Made by a program: the position numbers and the translations under genes. This document shows positions 1 to 12,465 of a DNA stretch of 64,000 bases, piece by piece. The stretch is from Tubulanus polymorphus. Its lineage: Eukaryota; Animalia; Nemertea. The notes under the pieces were generated by a model, which saw only the letters and a list, made by a program, of their open reading frames with translations, ran no database searches and was not told the origin of the DNA. Numbering within the stretch: position 1 is the stretch's first letter; the number at the start of each line of letters is the position of its first letter. The stretch spans positions 20,330,950-20,394,949 of the forward strand of contig NC_134029.1 of NCBI RefSeq assembly GCF_964204645.1, given 5' to 3'.

Positions 1-547
1 CAATAAAGTTTGATTTTAACTCAAAATAAGTCTACAATTGAATTGAATTAATATGAATTGACCGGCAACCAGCCTAGCGCAAATTTGAGGACGTAGTCCA
101 CATCCACTCACGCAATACTGTAATTTATTGTCAAAATGCATAAAAATTCTTTCAAATTGAAAATAAGTCATGAAATCTCATAATTACAAAAAGCGCCAAT
201 TTTTTTACAATTTTCTATCGCTGCTTTGTAATTGTTATTTCTGATACTTCTCCAATATTGATGACGTTGAGGACATCAAACAACCATGAATATTGTCAGC
301 CAATAAATCAAACGTCGAAAATATTCACCACCTTATTTTTATCTTAAAGCAGGGATTTACCCAGTTATTTATTTAACTGGTAGATTCGATTTGGTTCTTA
401 CAAACCCACCAAAACTACAGGTGATTACAGCAGGTGTTCTTCTGAAATGATTTCCGGTCACTGACGCAGCAATCTTACCGGTCTAAATGCGGAAAAAAAC
501 GCCTATAACGAAGGAAACATTGATATCGAAAAAAACTTTTATTGAAT

Positions 548-736
548 TCATACTTTGACTCTATTTGTATAAACTATCATCAACCCAATAGCCATGATAA
601 ACAGTGCCATCACTATACTGATTATTAGTGTGAATTTGAGACATTGGCGACGCCTTGCTTTAGCCATAGTCGCTCTTTCCACATTCTCGAACGCGTCGGA
701 TAGATCATGATGTGACGCAGGTACCGTCGAATCACC
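548..736 (-). pseudogene. Duplicated terminal exon (GDSTVPASHH...TM...RVKV*) of the orphan TM-tail gene; ORF and acceptor intact
   Basis: Acceptor ttttttttcag|GGT at 737/736 and stop at 548. Nearly identical to 4961-5149, but its cognate upstream exon (2328-2690) is truncated and frameshifted. Confidence 0.7.
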
Positions 737-1103
737 CTGAAAAAAAAACAATAGTTCAAGGTCAAACTGTATCAATTGAATATAGTCCCATCTTGTAAAA
801 AGAAATCTTGGAATATCAGCAAATCATTTTTTACGAAACCAACATTCACTAGAAATTAATCAATTTGTTAATGATTAATATCAGCAAATCATTATATTGA
901 CAAACCCAACATTCGCTTGAAACTAATCAATTTATATCTACATTTTAAGAAATTATATTTTTCCTCTTTTTCGAAAATAGTTTTTGTTTTTGTTTTTCGA
1001 TTTTCTATAAAGATATAGATCTACTACGGATGAGGACGGTGCACTCGATTATCAGACTTGCGTTATTGAGAGATACCGAATTCGTCGTTCTCATTAAGTC
1101 TTT

Positions 1104-2045
1104 ATGATGAACGACTCAACGGAGAAAGCCTCTCCTTGCAAGCCTTACAGTACCGTCGTCGTTCGTTTTTCCATCATCGATGCATCGGGACATTTCAGGC
1201 TGATTCTAATCGTAGCTAATATAGTTTTGTTGACGTTCGGTTTATTCGGAAACATGGCCAGCGTCCTCACAATGGCCAGTCAACGATTCCGCAACCTGTC
1301 GTACGCGAACTATCTCATCGCGCTTGCCGTTAGCGATTTAATCGTCTGCGTCAATATGCTGGGTATGCCTCTGTTGGAAGTAACGAGTAAAAAACTATTC
1401 GGAAGACTCGCCATCGTATTTAGAAACCGCGTTCAATGCATCGTTTACGAAATGTTTTTTCAGACCTCGGTCGCTTTCAGTATCACATTAGTGGTGGTGA
1501 TTACGTTAGAACGTCTGCTTGTAGTAACCTTACCCTTCACAGCCAGGGCTGTTTGCACGGCTAAATTTGCGCGCGTTGTTATCGCTTTTATGTTCGTACC
1601 AAACATTGCAAGCGCCAGCGGAAATTTAGTCGCCGTACACTATTCTAACGAACAGTGTTACTGCAATCACGCCAGCCAACTAATTCTAGTAAAGGTCGGG
1701 ATCGTCTACCATTTCATGTTACCGTTAGTGATCATAATTATCAGCAATTCAACAATTATATGCACTGTATATGGTAAACAGAATTTCGGGTGGACAGAAT
1801 CGAAAACTACCAATGCTAAACGTACAACGATAATGCTATTGACTGTTTCGGGTGTATTTGCGGGTTTAATGTTGCCCTCGGTGTTGATTTGGTTAATACC
1901 GATGCCGGGAGCCCGGCTTACAGCGATGATTACTTCGTGTACCATCGTTCAGAGTATGAACCACGTAGTTAACTTTTACATTTATCTTCTAACGGGTAAA
2001 GAAGTACGCGCTTATGTGTTCAACGTAATTCGATGTGTCAAATAA
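1104..2045 (+). CDS. Intronless class A (rhodopsin-like) GPCR, peptide-receptor-like orphan, 313 aa
   Basis: Seven hydrophobic segments; GN in TM1 (GLFGN), LAxxD in TM2 (LAVSD), ERL at the DRY position, Cys in TM3/ECL2, NFYIY at the NPxxY position. Confidence 0.9.
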   Translation: MMNDSTEKASPCKPYSTVVVRFSIIDASGHFRLILIVANIVLLTFGLFGNMASVLTMASQRFRNLSYANYLIALAVSDLIVCVNMLGMPLLEVTSKKLFGRLAIVFRNRVQCIVYEMFFQTSVAFSITLVVVITLERLLVVTLPFTARAVCTAKFARVVIAFMFVPNIASASGNLVAVHYSNEQCYCNHASQLILVKVGIVYHFMLPLVIIIISNSTIICTVYGKQNFGWTESKTTNAKRTTIMLLTVSGVFAGLMLPSVLIWLIPMPGARLTAMITSCTIVQSMNHVVNFYIYLLTGKEVRAYVFNVIRCVK

Positions 2046-2327
2046 AACACTATGCATAAAAAATACATTCAATGCCCAGTAAGTTCCTTAAGGGAACGTG
2101 CACTAAAAAGCACCCATAGAATATTTCCAAATACGTTTCATGATTCAAACTACGTATCATGAAAAGATATCTGCGTTAAACGGATGCCAGTCCAAGTTGG
2201 CGCTGTTATTACGTGGAGTTTTGACTATTGAACTATAGTAACAATCCCACTTCATCACATTTTTTCTATAGTTCAATATTCATAACCCACTTCATAACAG
2301 CGTATTAAAAAGAGGATTTGAATTTAC

Positions 2328-2690
2328 CTGTTCCGGGATTTCGATTATATCATCTTCATCAGTCGACTGCTCTTTTCGAACTGTTTTCGATGGCGGGTGC
2401 GGAGCGTATTTTATTGCCCTCGGGACGTATTTGAAAATATCACCGTAATTAGCGTAATGAGTTTTTCCGCATAAATCTCCATTGTAAACCGGGTTGACGG
2501 TAACTGTTGAATCTCGCGATATATTCCTTGATCCATAAATACTGCTCAGCTTTAACGGACCTGAATATGGGTCTTGACGTCATCCTCGGAAAATGAAAGC
2601 GTTTTCGGCTTGTAATTGTTAAGAAGACTACCGCCGCTTATTGTAGTAGTGGTAAGGGCAGCGTGGTGTCGTTTGTTTTCGAACTTTTTT
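2328..2690 (-). pseudogene. Truncated, frameshifted copy of the 3' part of exon 2 of the orphan TM-tail gene
   Basis: Homologous to 6795-7178 with the donor retained at 2327. It has a net ~22-bp loss near 2570 and its 5' part is replaced by LINE sequence. Confidence 0.8.
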
Positions 2691-4440
2691 CTGATACCCT
2701 ACACATTCCTTTGGAAATAAACGAAGAATCAAATCGGGATATAAGCGAAGCGGAAATTGCCCGTGCGATCAGACGTTTGAAAAAAAATAAAGCCGCAGGC
2801 ATCGTTGAAATTTTCAACGAACTATTGATTCCACTATACACTAAGCTTTTTAACTTGGTATTACGTAGTGGAAATGTACCGTTCCGGAGTCTTGGGTAAC
2901 AGGAAAAATCAAACCACTTTTTAAAAACAAAGGAGATCCCCAAGATTCAGACAACTATCCTGGTATCACTTTGCTAAGCTGTGTTGGAAAACTTTTTACG
3001 TCGGTGCTGAATGAACGCCTCGGAAATTATGCCGAACAAGTGAGATTAATTGACGAAAATCAAGCCGGTTTTAGAAGTGGTTATTCAACTACTGATCATA
3101 TTTTTTCACTGAAGTGTCTAATTGACGTCGTAACTGCCTACAGAAAATCACTATTCTGCTGTTTCGTCGACGACCGAAAGGCCTTCGACACCATCCCGCA
3201 CAATGAACTGTGGACTAAATTGCTAAACTATAACACATACACGGTAACGTGTTCACTGTTGTTAAAAATATGTATTCAGCCGTCCGTGTTCAAGGATGAT
3301 GTATGCTCGAATTTATTCAACTGTTCAATCGGAGTCCGTCAGGGAGAAAATTTATCGCCGTTTCTTATTTCCATTTTTATCGACGACATACAAGCTAGCT
3401 TTAATGATAATGGATTTGAAGACCTAAAACTTTTTCCGCACGGCTTTAAGATGGGAGATCGGATGTTTCGAAAACTAAAGTCATGATATTCAACAAAAGC
3501 ATAAGAATGCCACGCTGCCTATGAATTTACATTGCACAAAGACACTGTTGAGATAACAGACGAGTATCCGTACTTAGGAATATTTTTCCAAAAGAACGGC
3601 AATTTCGCCAAGGCGAGAAAAGAATTATATCATAAAGCGCAGAGAGCAATGTTCAGCCTGATGAACAAATGCCGCGATTTAAATCTTCCTTTTGACATCC
3701 AACTGAAAATGTTCGATTCCACTGTTTTACCTATTGCTATGGTACGCCTCTGAAGTGTGGGTCTTTGAACATCTTAAACTGTTCGAGACTTTGCAGTTAA
3801 AATTTCTGAAATATGCTCTTAAAATCAAATCACGTACACCATCTATGGTGGTATATTGCGAGACTGGCAGGTTTCCGATTGAAATCTTTGTTAAGATTAG
3901 AATGATAAATTATTGGAGTAAGCTAGTCAACTGTGAAAATCAATGTAAACTTAGCAAAATCTTATACAATATAATGTACAACTACCATGCAAATAATCAG
4001 TATAGTTCCAAGTGGATCAGTAACATACAAATAACTTTAAATGAATGTGGTTTAGGTTATTTGGCTTAACCAAAATCCAGGAAAACCAGACTGGATAAGT
4101 CAGTCTGTTAAAGCAGCTCTCCAAGACCAATTTATTCAAACCTGGAGTAGCGAAATAAGGGAACAAGAAAAATTTTATAACTATAGATTGATTAAAAAGA
4201 ACTTTGAACTAGAAGACTATCTCACTAAATTGCCAATTAAATCACGAGTATTACTAACAAAATTCCGCACCAACAACCACAAGCTTCCTGTAGAAAAGGA
4301 ACGTTTTAATCTTGCAAGGTATGAAAGATTTTGTGAAAAAATGTAACTTAGGCGATCTAGGTGACGAATTTCATTCTTTATTAATATGTCCACAACAATT
4401 AGAATTAAGGAAAAAGTATAAACCAGACAAATTCTGGAAA
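2690..4440 (+). mobile_element. Decayed non-LTR retrotransposon (LINE) ORF2 fragment: RT domain plus C-terminal Cys/His region
   Basis: Broken frames encode GITLLSCVGKLF, QAGFRSGYSTTDHIF, RKAFD, GVRQGENLSP, YLGIFF, ETGRFP and KFRTNNHKLPVE...C..C...DEFH. Multiple frameshifts and stops; the YADD segment is missing. Confidence 0.92.
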
Positions 4441-4855
4441 CGTGTTTACTTTTAGCGTCGCTTTGACGCAACGCCGGAGATGATGCTGTGCAGCACGTCA
4501 TTTTTTTTATAGAAGTACGAATTAAGTGTTTATACAATGACACTTCAAGTTAAAATCGAACTGAACACCGCTCACAAAGCCTTCACGATACAGTTTGGAC
4601 AGAAAAAAAAACTTTGATTATTCAGTTAACTTCATAACACAGCTTTAGAACAATCCTAATATTGGGTCATCAACAGTCATTATAGCACCAGCATCAGATA
4701 ATCCCGGAGAAACTTTGTGTTTTTGCTGTTACTCAGTATAACAACAACCATCAATAAATAATTTTCAAAATATTGTCCACCTTTTTATTGTGGTATAGCC
4801 GGATAGTCCCAAAACTTCTGTTATATGTATAACGATTGGGGGGGGGGGGGGGGTA

Positions 4856-7178
4856 GAAATGACTTCCGGTCACTGACGCAGCACTCTTACCGGTCTAAAT
4901 GCGAAAAACTACTACAACGAAGAAAACTTTGATGATATCGAAAAAAAACTTTTATTGAATTCATACTTTGACTCTATTTGTATAAACTATTATCAACCCA
5001 ATAGCCATGATAAACAGTGCCATCACTATACTGATTATTAGTGTGAATTTGAGACATTGGCGACGTCTTGCTTTAGCCATAGTCGCTCTTTCCACATTCT
5101 CAAACGCGTCGGATAGATCAGGATGTGACGCAGGTACCGTCGAATCACCCTGAAAAAAAACAATAGTTCAAGGTAAACCGTATAGTCTATAAAATGCCTA
5201 TCGAAGCTGTATCGTTTGAAAAAAGTCCCATCATGTAAAAAGAAATCTTGGAATATCAGCAAATAATTTTTTTACGAAACAAACATTCACTCGAAATTGA
5301 TCAATTTGTTAATGATTAATATCAGCAAATCATTTTATTGACAAAACCAACATTCGCTTGAAATTAATCAATTTGTATACGTACACGTATTTTTAAAAAA
5401 TGCAACCACTACGAGTCCTTTTTTGTAAAAATAGTTTTTGTTTTTGTTTTTCGATTTTCTATAAAGATATACATGTACTACGGAGGAAGACGGTGCACTC
5501 GATTATCAGACTCGCGTTATTGAGAGATATACCGAATTCGTAATTTTGATTAAGTCTTTATGATGAACGACTCAACGGAGAAAGCCTCTCCTTGCAAGCC
5601 TTACAGTACCGTCATGGTTCGTTTTTCCATCATCGATGCATCGGGACATTTCAGGCTGATTCTAATCGTAGCTAATATAGTTCTTTTGACGTTAGGTCTA
5701 TTCGGAAACGTGGCCAGTTTCCTCACAATGGCCAGTCAACGATTCCGCAACCTGTCGTACGCGAACTCATCGCGCTTGCCGTTAGCGATTTAATCGTCTG
5801 CGTCAATATGATGGGTATGCCTCTGTTGGAAGTAACGAGTAAAAAACTATTCAGACGACTCGCCATCGTATTTAGAAACCGCGTTCAATGCATCGTTTAC
5901 GAAATGTTTTTTCAGACTTCGGTCGCTTTCAGTATCACATTAGTGGTGGTGATTACGTTAGAACGTCTGCTTGTAGTTACCTTACCCTTCACAGCCAGGG
6001 CTGTTTGCACGGCTAAATTTGCGCGCGTTGTTATCGCTTTTATGTTCGTACCAAACATTGCAAGCGCCAGCGGAAATTTAGTCGCCGTACACTATTCTAA
6101 CGACCGGTGTTACTGCAATCCGGCGAGCCAACGTATTCAAGTAAAGGTCGGGATCGTCAACCATTTCATATTACCGTTACTGATCATATTCATTAGCAAT
6201 TCAGCAATTATCGGCACTGTGTATGGAAAACAGAATTTCGGGTGGACAGAATCGAAAACTACCAATGCTAAACGTACAACGATAATGCTATTGACTGTTT
6301 CGAGTGTATTTGCGGGTTTAATGTTGCCCTCGGTGTTGATTTGGTTAATACCGATGCCGCGAGCCCAGCTTACAGCGTTGATAACTTCGTGTACCATCGT
6401 TCAGAGTATGAACCACGTAGTTAACTTTTACATTTATCTTCTAACGGGTAAAGAAGTACGCGCTTATGTGTTCAACGTAATTCGGTGTGTCAAATAAAAC
6501 ACTATGCATAAAAAATACATTCAATGCCCAGTAAATTCCTTAAGGGAACGTTTTCGATACCTCTGCACTAAAAAAGCACCCATAGAATATTTCCAAATAC
6601 GTTTCATGATTCAAACTACGTATCAAGAAAAGATACCTGCGTTAATCGGATGCCAGTCCAACTTGGCGCTGTTATTACGTGGAGTTTTGACTATTGAACT
6701 ATTAGTAACAATCCCACTTCACAACATTTTGCTATAGTTCAATAGTCATAACTCCACGTGTTAACAACGTATTAAAGAGAGGATTTGATTTTACCTGCTC
6801 CGGGATTTCGGTTATGTCATCTTCATCAGTCGACTGCTCTTTTCGAACTGTTTTCGGTGGCGGGTGCGGAGCGTATTTTATTGCCTTCGGGACGTATTTG
6901 AAAACATCGCCGTAATTAGCGTAATGAGTTTTTCCGCATAAATCCCCATCGTAAACCGGGTTGACGGTAACTGTTGAATCTTGCGATATAATCCTCGGTC
7001 CATAAATACTGCTCAGTTTTAACCGACCTGAATATGAGTAAGACGCCGACGTTGGGCCGTTATTGACGTCATCCTCGGAAAATGTAAGCGTTTTCGGCTT
7101 GTAATTGTTAAGAAGACTACTGCCGCTTACTGTAGCAGTCGTAAGGGCCGCGTGGTGTCGTTTGTTTTTGAATTTTTC
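4856..7178. repeat. Segmental duplication, copy B (paralogous to 444-2690)
   Basis: See copy A. It starts immediately after a G-run (4838-4853). Confidence 0.95.
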
Positions 7179-8355
7179 ATACCGGCTGCTCGGATGCCTG
7201 TTGCTCGCACGGTTATTGAGCAGGTGATTTTCTTGTTTTTTCGTCGATACAGAATCGTGGCGGACTAGAGACGGCTTTTTGACAACATTTACAGAGTTAT
7301 CGCAACGATTTCTAGTCTTTCTAGAATTATCGAGTGCCAATTCATCGATGTTAGGCCATTGGTTTTTAGTTTTGTCCCCTTTGTGTTTCGATCGGTAACG
7401 TCTGCTGTACAAACCGACGTAATCCTCGGCATCAAGTCGCTCCTCGCGGACATTGATTTTACCAATCCCGTTTGGCTTGTCCGCGACGAACGTACCCTTG
7501 TAAAAACTGGGCAGTTCCCAGTAAAAGTAAGGTTCGGTGTTCGTACCCCGAGATTCCTGCGGTTGCGATCTCGCATTTCCTTTATAAATTGCACCGTCTT
7601 CTTCGGTGTTAGTTCGGTTGATACCTGTATCGCCTCTCGAGGTGTCACCCGAGTCGGTGGTCGTAGGCAGCACGCCGCATTTGAATATATACTGTTTGAA
7701 GAGAAAAGCAATTCAACGATCTAAAATTTATAATTGACGAGGCGTATGCAACAAGAGTAAAGTGCACTTACAAAGGCTGGAATGGTTTATTAGAAACGTC
7801 TATAATATGAATGTCTACACCATCTACATGTCATCACCAGTATACGAACGATATATATACGAGATATATACACGATGGTGTTGTGGCGAACCAATTAGTG
7901 ATGTACACAAATTGAAATATATGTCGTTCACAAATAAAAAACCCAAACAGGTATATTTCTGAATCTTGAAAAAAGGTGTCGATAATCGCTATCGCACAGG
8001 TCAATTAGCTATTATTGGGAAGGCGCAAATAATTTATGTTTTGCAACCGCCAGTCAATTAGCATAAACAAGTGGTAAACAAAATATTTTTGTTCAGACCG
8101 AATTGAAGTCAGATAGACGGTTTGTTATTTGCATCTTATTCATAATTGATTATGCAATAATTTGATTAATTTGACAAATACGTACCACCTTGCAATAAAC
8201 ACTTACACACCTACCTCTATATCGATTTGTGAACCCTTACGCGGAGCCGTCAAAAAGTATTCACCCATAAATTTTTTTAGCGCCCTACGCAATATATTCA
8301 AAGCATCGAGTTTATTCTCAGTATATATCGCGATGCCATCAGACCGTTCATGCAT
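4961..8355 (-). CDS. Orphan ~408-aa protein: long hydrophilic, probably disordered region plus a single C-terminal TM helix; exons 8355-8215, 7691-6795, 5149-4961
   Basis: ATG 8355 (MHERSDG...QIDIE|gtaggt) preceded by an in-frame stop; acceptor cag|TAT at 7691; donor EQ|gtaaaa at 6795; acceptor tttcag|GGT at 5149; all junctions phase 0. The last exon has RRRQCLK followed by a ~22-aa hydrophobic stretch. Confidence 0.7.
5560..6497 (+). pseudogene. Frameshifted paralog of the GPCR, nested antisense in intron 2 (5150-6794) of the orphan TM-tail gene
   Basis: gcgaacTATCtcatcg (copy A) versus gcgaactcatcg (~5766): a 4-nt deletion splits the ORF into 5560-5793 and 5808-6497. Confidence 0.85.
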
Positions 8356-9785
8356 GAACGCATTGCAACCGTTGATTATACGGGTAATATGGCTTTATTT
8401 GTTTATCGATTCCGCTTGCCTCATGCGTCCGTCCTATCCACGCAACGATGCAAAATATCGCCAACGATGTATTTTCCAATGATGGACTAGCTGCAGTTGA
8501 TAATATTACACGAAGGTCGTGTTTGAATTAGCCTAGGTGTGTACGTGCGTGTGTTTGTTTAACATCGCCCATAAATCAACCTTATAAAGGTAGGGATAAT
8601 GAACGCACATCGACCAAATTTTCTTCAATTCTTACTTGAAAAAATACTGATGTTCACTTGAAACTATCAAATTTGAAAATGTTCTATTTTCGATTTGAAA
8701 AAATTTGTTCCCACAAAATATCTCTTAAAATTGACCCTATATGGTTTAGATTTAGAATCATACAGTTCTAGCTCGAGTTTAGAATGTTGGAAAATGTGTA
8801 TATTAGTTCTCAAAAAGTCTTTGTTTATCGATTTAGAAATCACGAGAGACCCGACATTATACTGAAGCGACTGACATCATTATCAATCGGATTAACGGTA
8901 ATGGAGTTTCCTTTTCGGTGACATCCGGCACATTTCCAGTCTGATCTATATCAATTCTTACAAATCGATCCTACACACTTTCTCTAGTGTTTCAACTAAC
9001 TGGTATTGCTTTGACGAGAAATGTCGTACAGATTTGTCATCGAAAATTACGTAGGCCATATTGAGTAGTTTACATTTTGTCTATATATCATAAAACACTG
9101 ACTGATAAGAGTTAGAAATGTTATAATGAAGATATAGATCATATATATCTTCATTAAAACGTTTGTTTCTAACTTTTATTAGTCAGGTTTTAATATCGTA
9201 TATGTATATAAAAGATTTTCCGCGCCGGGAACGATTTCTTCAAAGCCTGCACTTATTTTAGCATACGAGCAGTGTTGCTTCAGATTTCCCGCCTGGTGAG
9301 GTTATGAACTTGCACTGGTAAGCGGGCGAAGCTAGGATTCTTTGAAGGAGGTGGCACCTGAAATTGAAATGATCATTTAATTTAGAAAGTAGATATTCGC
9401 AATGCTAGGGCTGTACTACGTGAATATTCATGGGGATTCTGGTGGCTCTCAGAAAATTCAGGGCAGGGGCTTTTATGGCAAGGGCCATAAGATGATCAGG
9501 GCCCCTTGGATTTATTTTTTGTCGTTCGAACTGACTTAAGCCCTTGGTGGAAGCGAGTTCGGGCGAAGCGATACCGAAGGCACCTGTGGCCAAGCGAGGA
9601 TATGTCTTCAAATGTATTTTTGATTTTCATTAGGTTGATATGGACTAGTGCCATGAATCAGATCTCATTTATTTGACTACATGGTTTCGTGTGCTACTGT
9701 AGAATGAATTGCCTAAATCCTGCCGGTAGGATTTTATTCGAATGAAAAACGGCCATGAAAAACATCATTCCTTCGTTGTAGGTTG

Positions 9786-10314
9786 TGACGTCACAGCCGC
9801 GATTACGGCGGGTGTTAGACTGGTTTCCCGTCCCATTCATGCGGCCGGTAACCAGTCTAGGTGGTTGTGCGACGACACGTGGATCGTGTTTACAAACACA
9901 GCTGTGGGAAAAGCGCGCGACATAATGGCGGAAGCATAAGATTTAATATTATGAATGATGGGACAGGGGGTGTTCCTGTTCTGTGTTTTATGGTGCAATC
10001 CAATCGACGTTTCATGTAGGGAATTGTGTATTTAGTGACGAGGGGTCATCCGATTACCCGATAGTCGATGACATCAGACGTAAACAATAACATTGCCACG
10101 TGGTAGCCGTTTGACAGCTGGTCAAATTACGTCGGACTTGCGGCAGGCAGTAAGGGGGCTCGGAATGACCTCTGCGCTCTCCCTGCGATGTTTTTATTTT
10201 TCTTTTCGATACCGGTAATATTCTTGTCCGCCGAGGAAGTTGCACGATGCGTTAAACACGCTATTGTTATGGTATTTTCCATTTGACGTCATGTATACAT
10301 TACGCGTGACGTCA
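9786..10314. promoter_or_regulatory. CpG-enriched putative promoter with three perfect CRE palindromes (TGACGTCA at 9786, 10284, 10307)
   Basis: Motifs are seen directly. The region lies between the divergently oriented orphan gene (-) and SAT-like gene 1 (+). Function is inferred. Confidence 0.35.
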
Positions 10315-11230
10315 TCAAATAGAGGATACCCTGCTGTTGAGGATACCCTGCTTGTCAGCCAGGCGCGCTGTTCATGCGATAAGACGTTTTACGCAACAGG
10401 TATTTCTAACGTTATTTCTATTGGGAATCCCAAGGGAACCACTGTTGTCTCGCATGGAGACTACGCAACAGAGCAAAGGGCAGATTTCCACGAAAAAAGT
10501 ATTGAAATCTCATTTTTACGGGTTCAGATCTACGTCGGGAATTTTCGTGGGGGTTCTAGAGAATAGCACTCCTAACGTAAAAGTAGTAGGAAATTAATTA
10601 AGAAAACGGTTTCACGGTATGATCAGGATCTGGGTGTAAGATTTTGATTTTTGACTCGGAAGATCGATCTTTTGTTCGAATGAGTTATCTTCAAGATGAA
10701 TGGAATCAAAAATGAAGGTTCACTTGAATTTTTGACTCGACTAGTTCAGCTCAGCGATTGTTTCGCTTGTTGTTTGAGCATAGAACATCATATCTTTTAT
10801 TCTATACGTATAAAGTAATATATTTTCTGTGGATATAGGTTATAATTTCCGTGATTGACGACGCAGCTGTGACTTACGGATCTACATATACATGTAGGTA
10901 TGTAAAAGCTAATTGAATCGTGCTATGTTCTGTGCGTAGCGGGTCATCTTATTATCCCGTGTTCAGAATATATGAAAAAAAATACTGGCAATCATACTCT
11001 GGGCGAGCGTTGTATTTCCCATTATCGTTTTCGGGTTAATCGGCCAGGAAGCGCGAACCGGTTTCCAGGGCCTTCAGTGACCTTTTCCCGGCGTCTATTC
11101 ATAGATCAACATACATCACAGCAGTATGTAATTGAATAGACTGCCATAAAGACCAATTTCCGAGTAATAATCTAAATATACAGTTTAAACGCGTATAACA
11201 AAAAAAAGAAAAGATTTGTTACATAAGTAA

Positions 11231-11657
11231 AGGTAGGGGCACACGAGCGTATTTTTTCGCCCAATCGCGGCGAATTTATAAATCGCCCGAAAAATTCGCT
11301 CGTGTGGCCACTCACGGCGACGACGATTTCGTCGGCCGACTCGATCGCCCGGCGAATCGCCCGTATCAAACATGTTTGATATTTTCGGCCGATTATTTAC
11401 GCCGGCGATCGGATCGCCCGCAAATTCGCTCGTCTGCCCGCACTCAGCGAATTTCGCCGAGCGACCATTTTTATCAACCAATAGGATGCATTGTTGATAT
11501 CATGTGATTCGTTAACTCTCTCCCTCTTAGTGCCAGTCGCTGACCGAATTTCGCTATGTGTGCCCGCTCGTATCGGGCGTATAATTTCGTCGGCGAATTC
11601 GCTGGCGAATTTAATCGTCGCGATTAGGCGGAAAAATACGCTCGTGTTTCCCTAGCT
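11231..11657. mobile_element. PIF/Harbinger-type MITE
   Basis: TIRs aggtaggggcacacgagcgtattttt / aaaaatacgctcgtgtttccctagct, TAA on both flanks, internally palindromic and CpG-rich. Confidence 0.8.
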
Positions 11658-12465
11658 TAAAAGATGAAATAGATTTCAATGTCGAAGGCTAATGCAGTGG
11701 AACCTCGTTACAACGAATTCGGATACTCATCGGATATAACAAATATTTGTGAATTTCGTAGTAAGAAAATTTGATTAATTTCATACTGGATATAACGAAC
11801 TCTCGGTTATAACGAATACATTTTCTAGTCCCGTGAAGTTAAGATGATTGATTTCGTTTGAATTTTGGTAACGCCATTTCGATTTGATCGTTTACATTTT
11901 CCTGGTATCCGATGCTTCATTCTTGACCAACCCCGTCGGGTCGCAGAAGTGTAGAACGGTCCGGGAGATAAATTTGAAAACAAGTGTTTCATTGGCTGTC
12001 CATAAAAAACCTCCATCCGGACAAAAACTGGTTGTCCAGTCCCGCTAAAATAATTTTTTTGTTATGCATTCTGGAATACAGCAATATGTGAAATGTTTAA
12101 GCTATAATTCGAATTTTCGTGGAGATATCGATCGTCTTCGCCGCGTACCTGATATACCTTTTACCTGTTTCTACGAGTCTGCTCTCCAATAATGCTTTTT
12201 CGAGTGACCGCTTTTTGAAAAAGCAAGCTTGTGGTATATACATCACCCTAGGAAGATGTTACAAACAAAATTACATCGTGATGAACATTTCACATTGCAC
12301 AGCTTTCGTATCGCATTTTGATACTGTTTTGTCCGATAAAATACTCGGTAACATAGCCAAATAAACTATTCACCTTTGTTGGATACCCGATATGACATGG
12401 ATGTTTCATTATCTTATCGTTATTAGTTAGCGACGAGACGCCGAAGTAACAGCCCGTACCGTAAA

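Larger units (their letters stand above)
444..2690. repeat. Segmental duplication, copy A (paralogous to 4856-7178)
   Basis: Colinear near-identity from gaaatga(t/c)ttccggtcactgacgcagc (444 vs 4856) to gtggtgtcgtttgtttt (~2665-2690 vs ~7152-7178). It covers the TM exon, the GPCR and the 3' part of the large exon. Confidence 0.95.

Noticed and set aside
6732-7673. 313-aa ORF as a stand-alone gene
   Set aside because: It starts at GTG just inside a strong acceptor and runs past a donor at 6795, so it is better explained as an internal exon.
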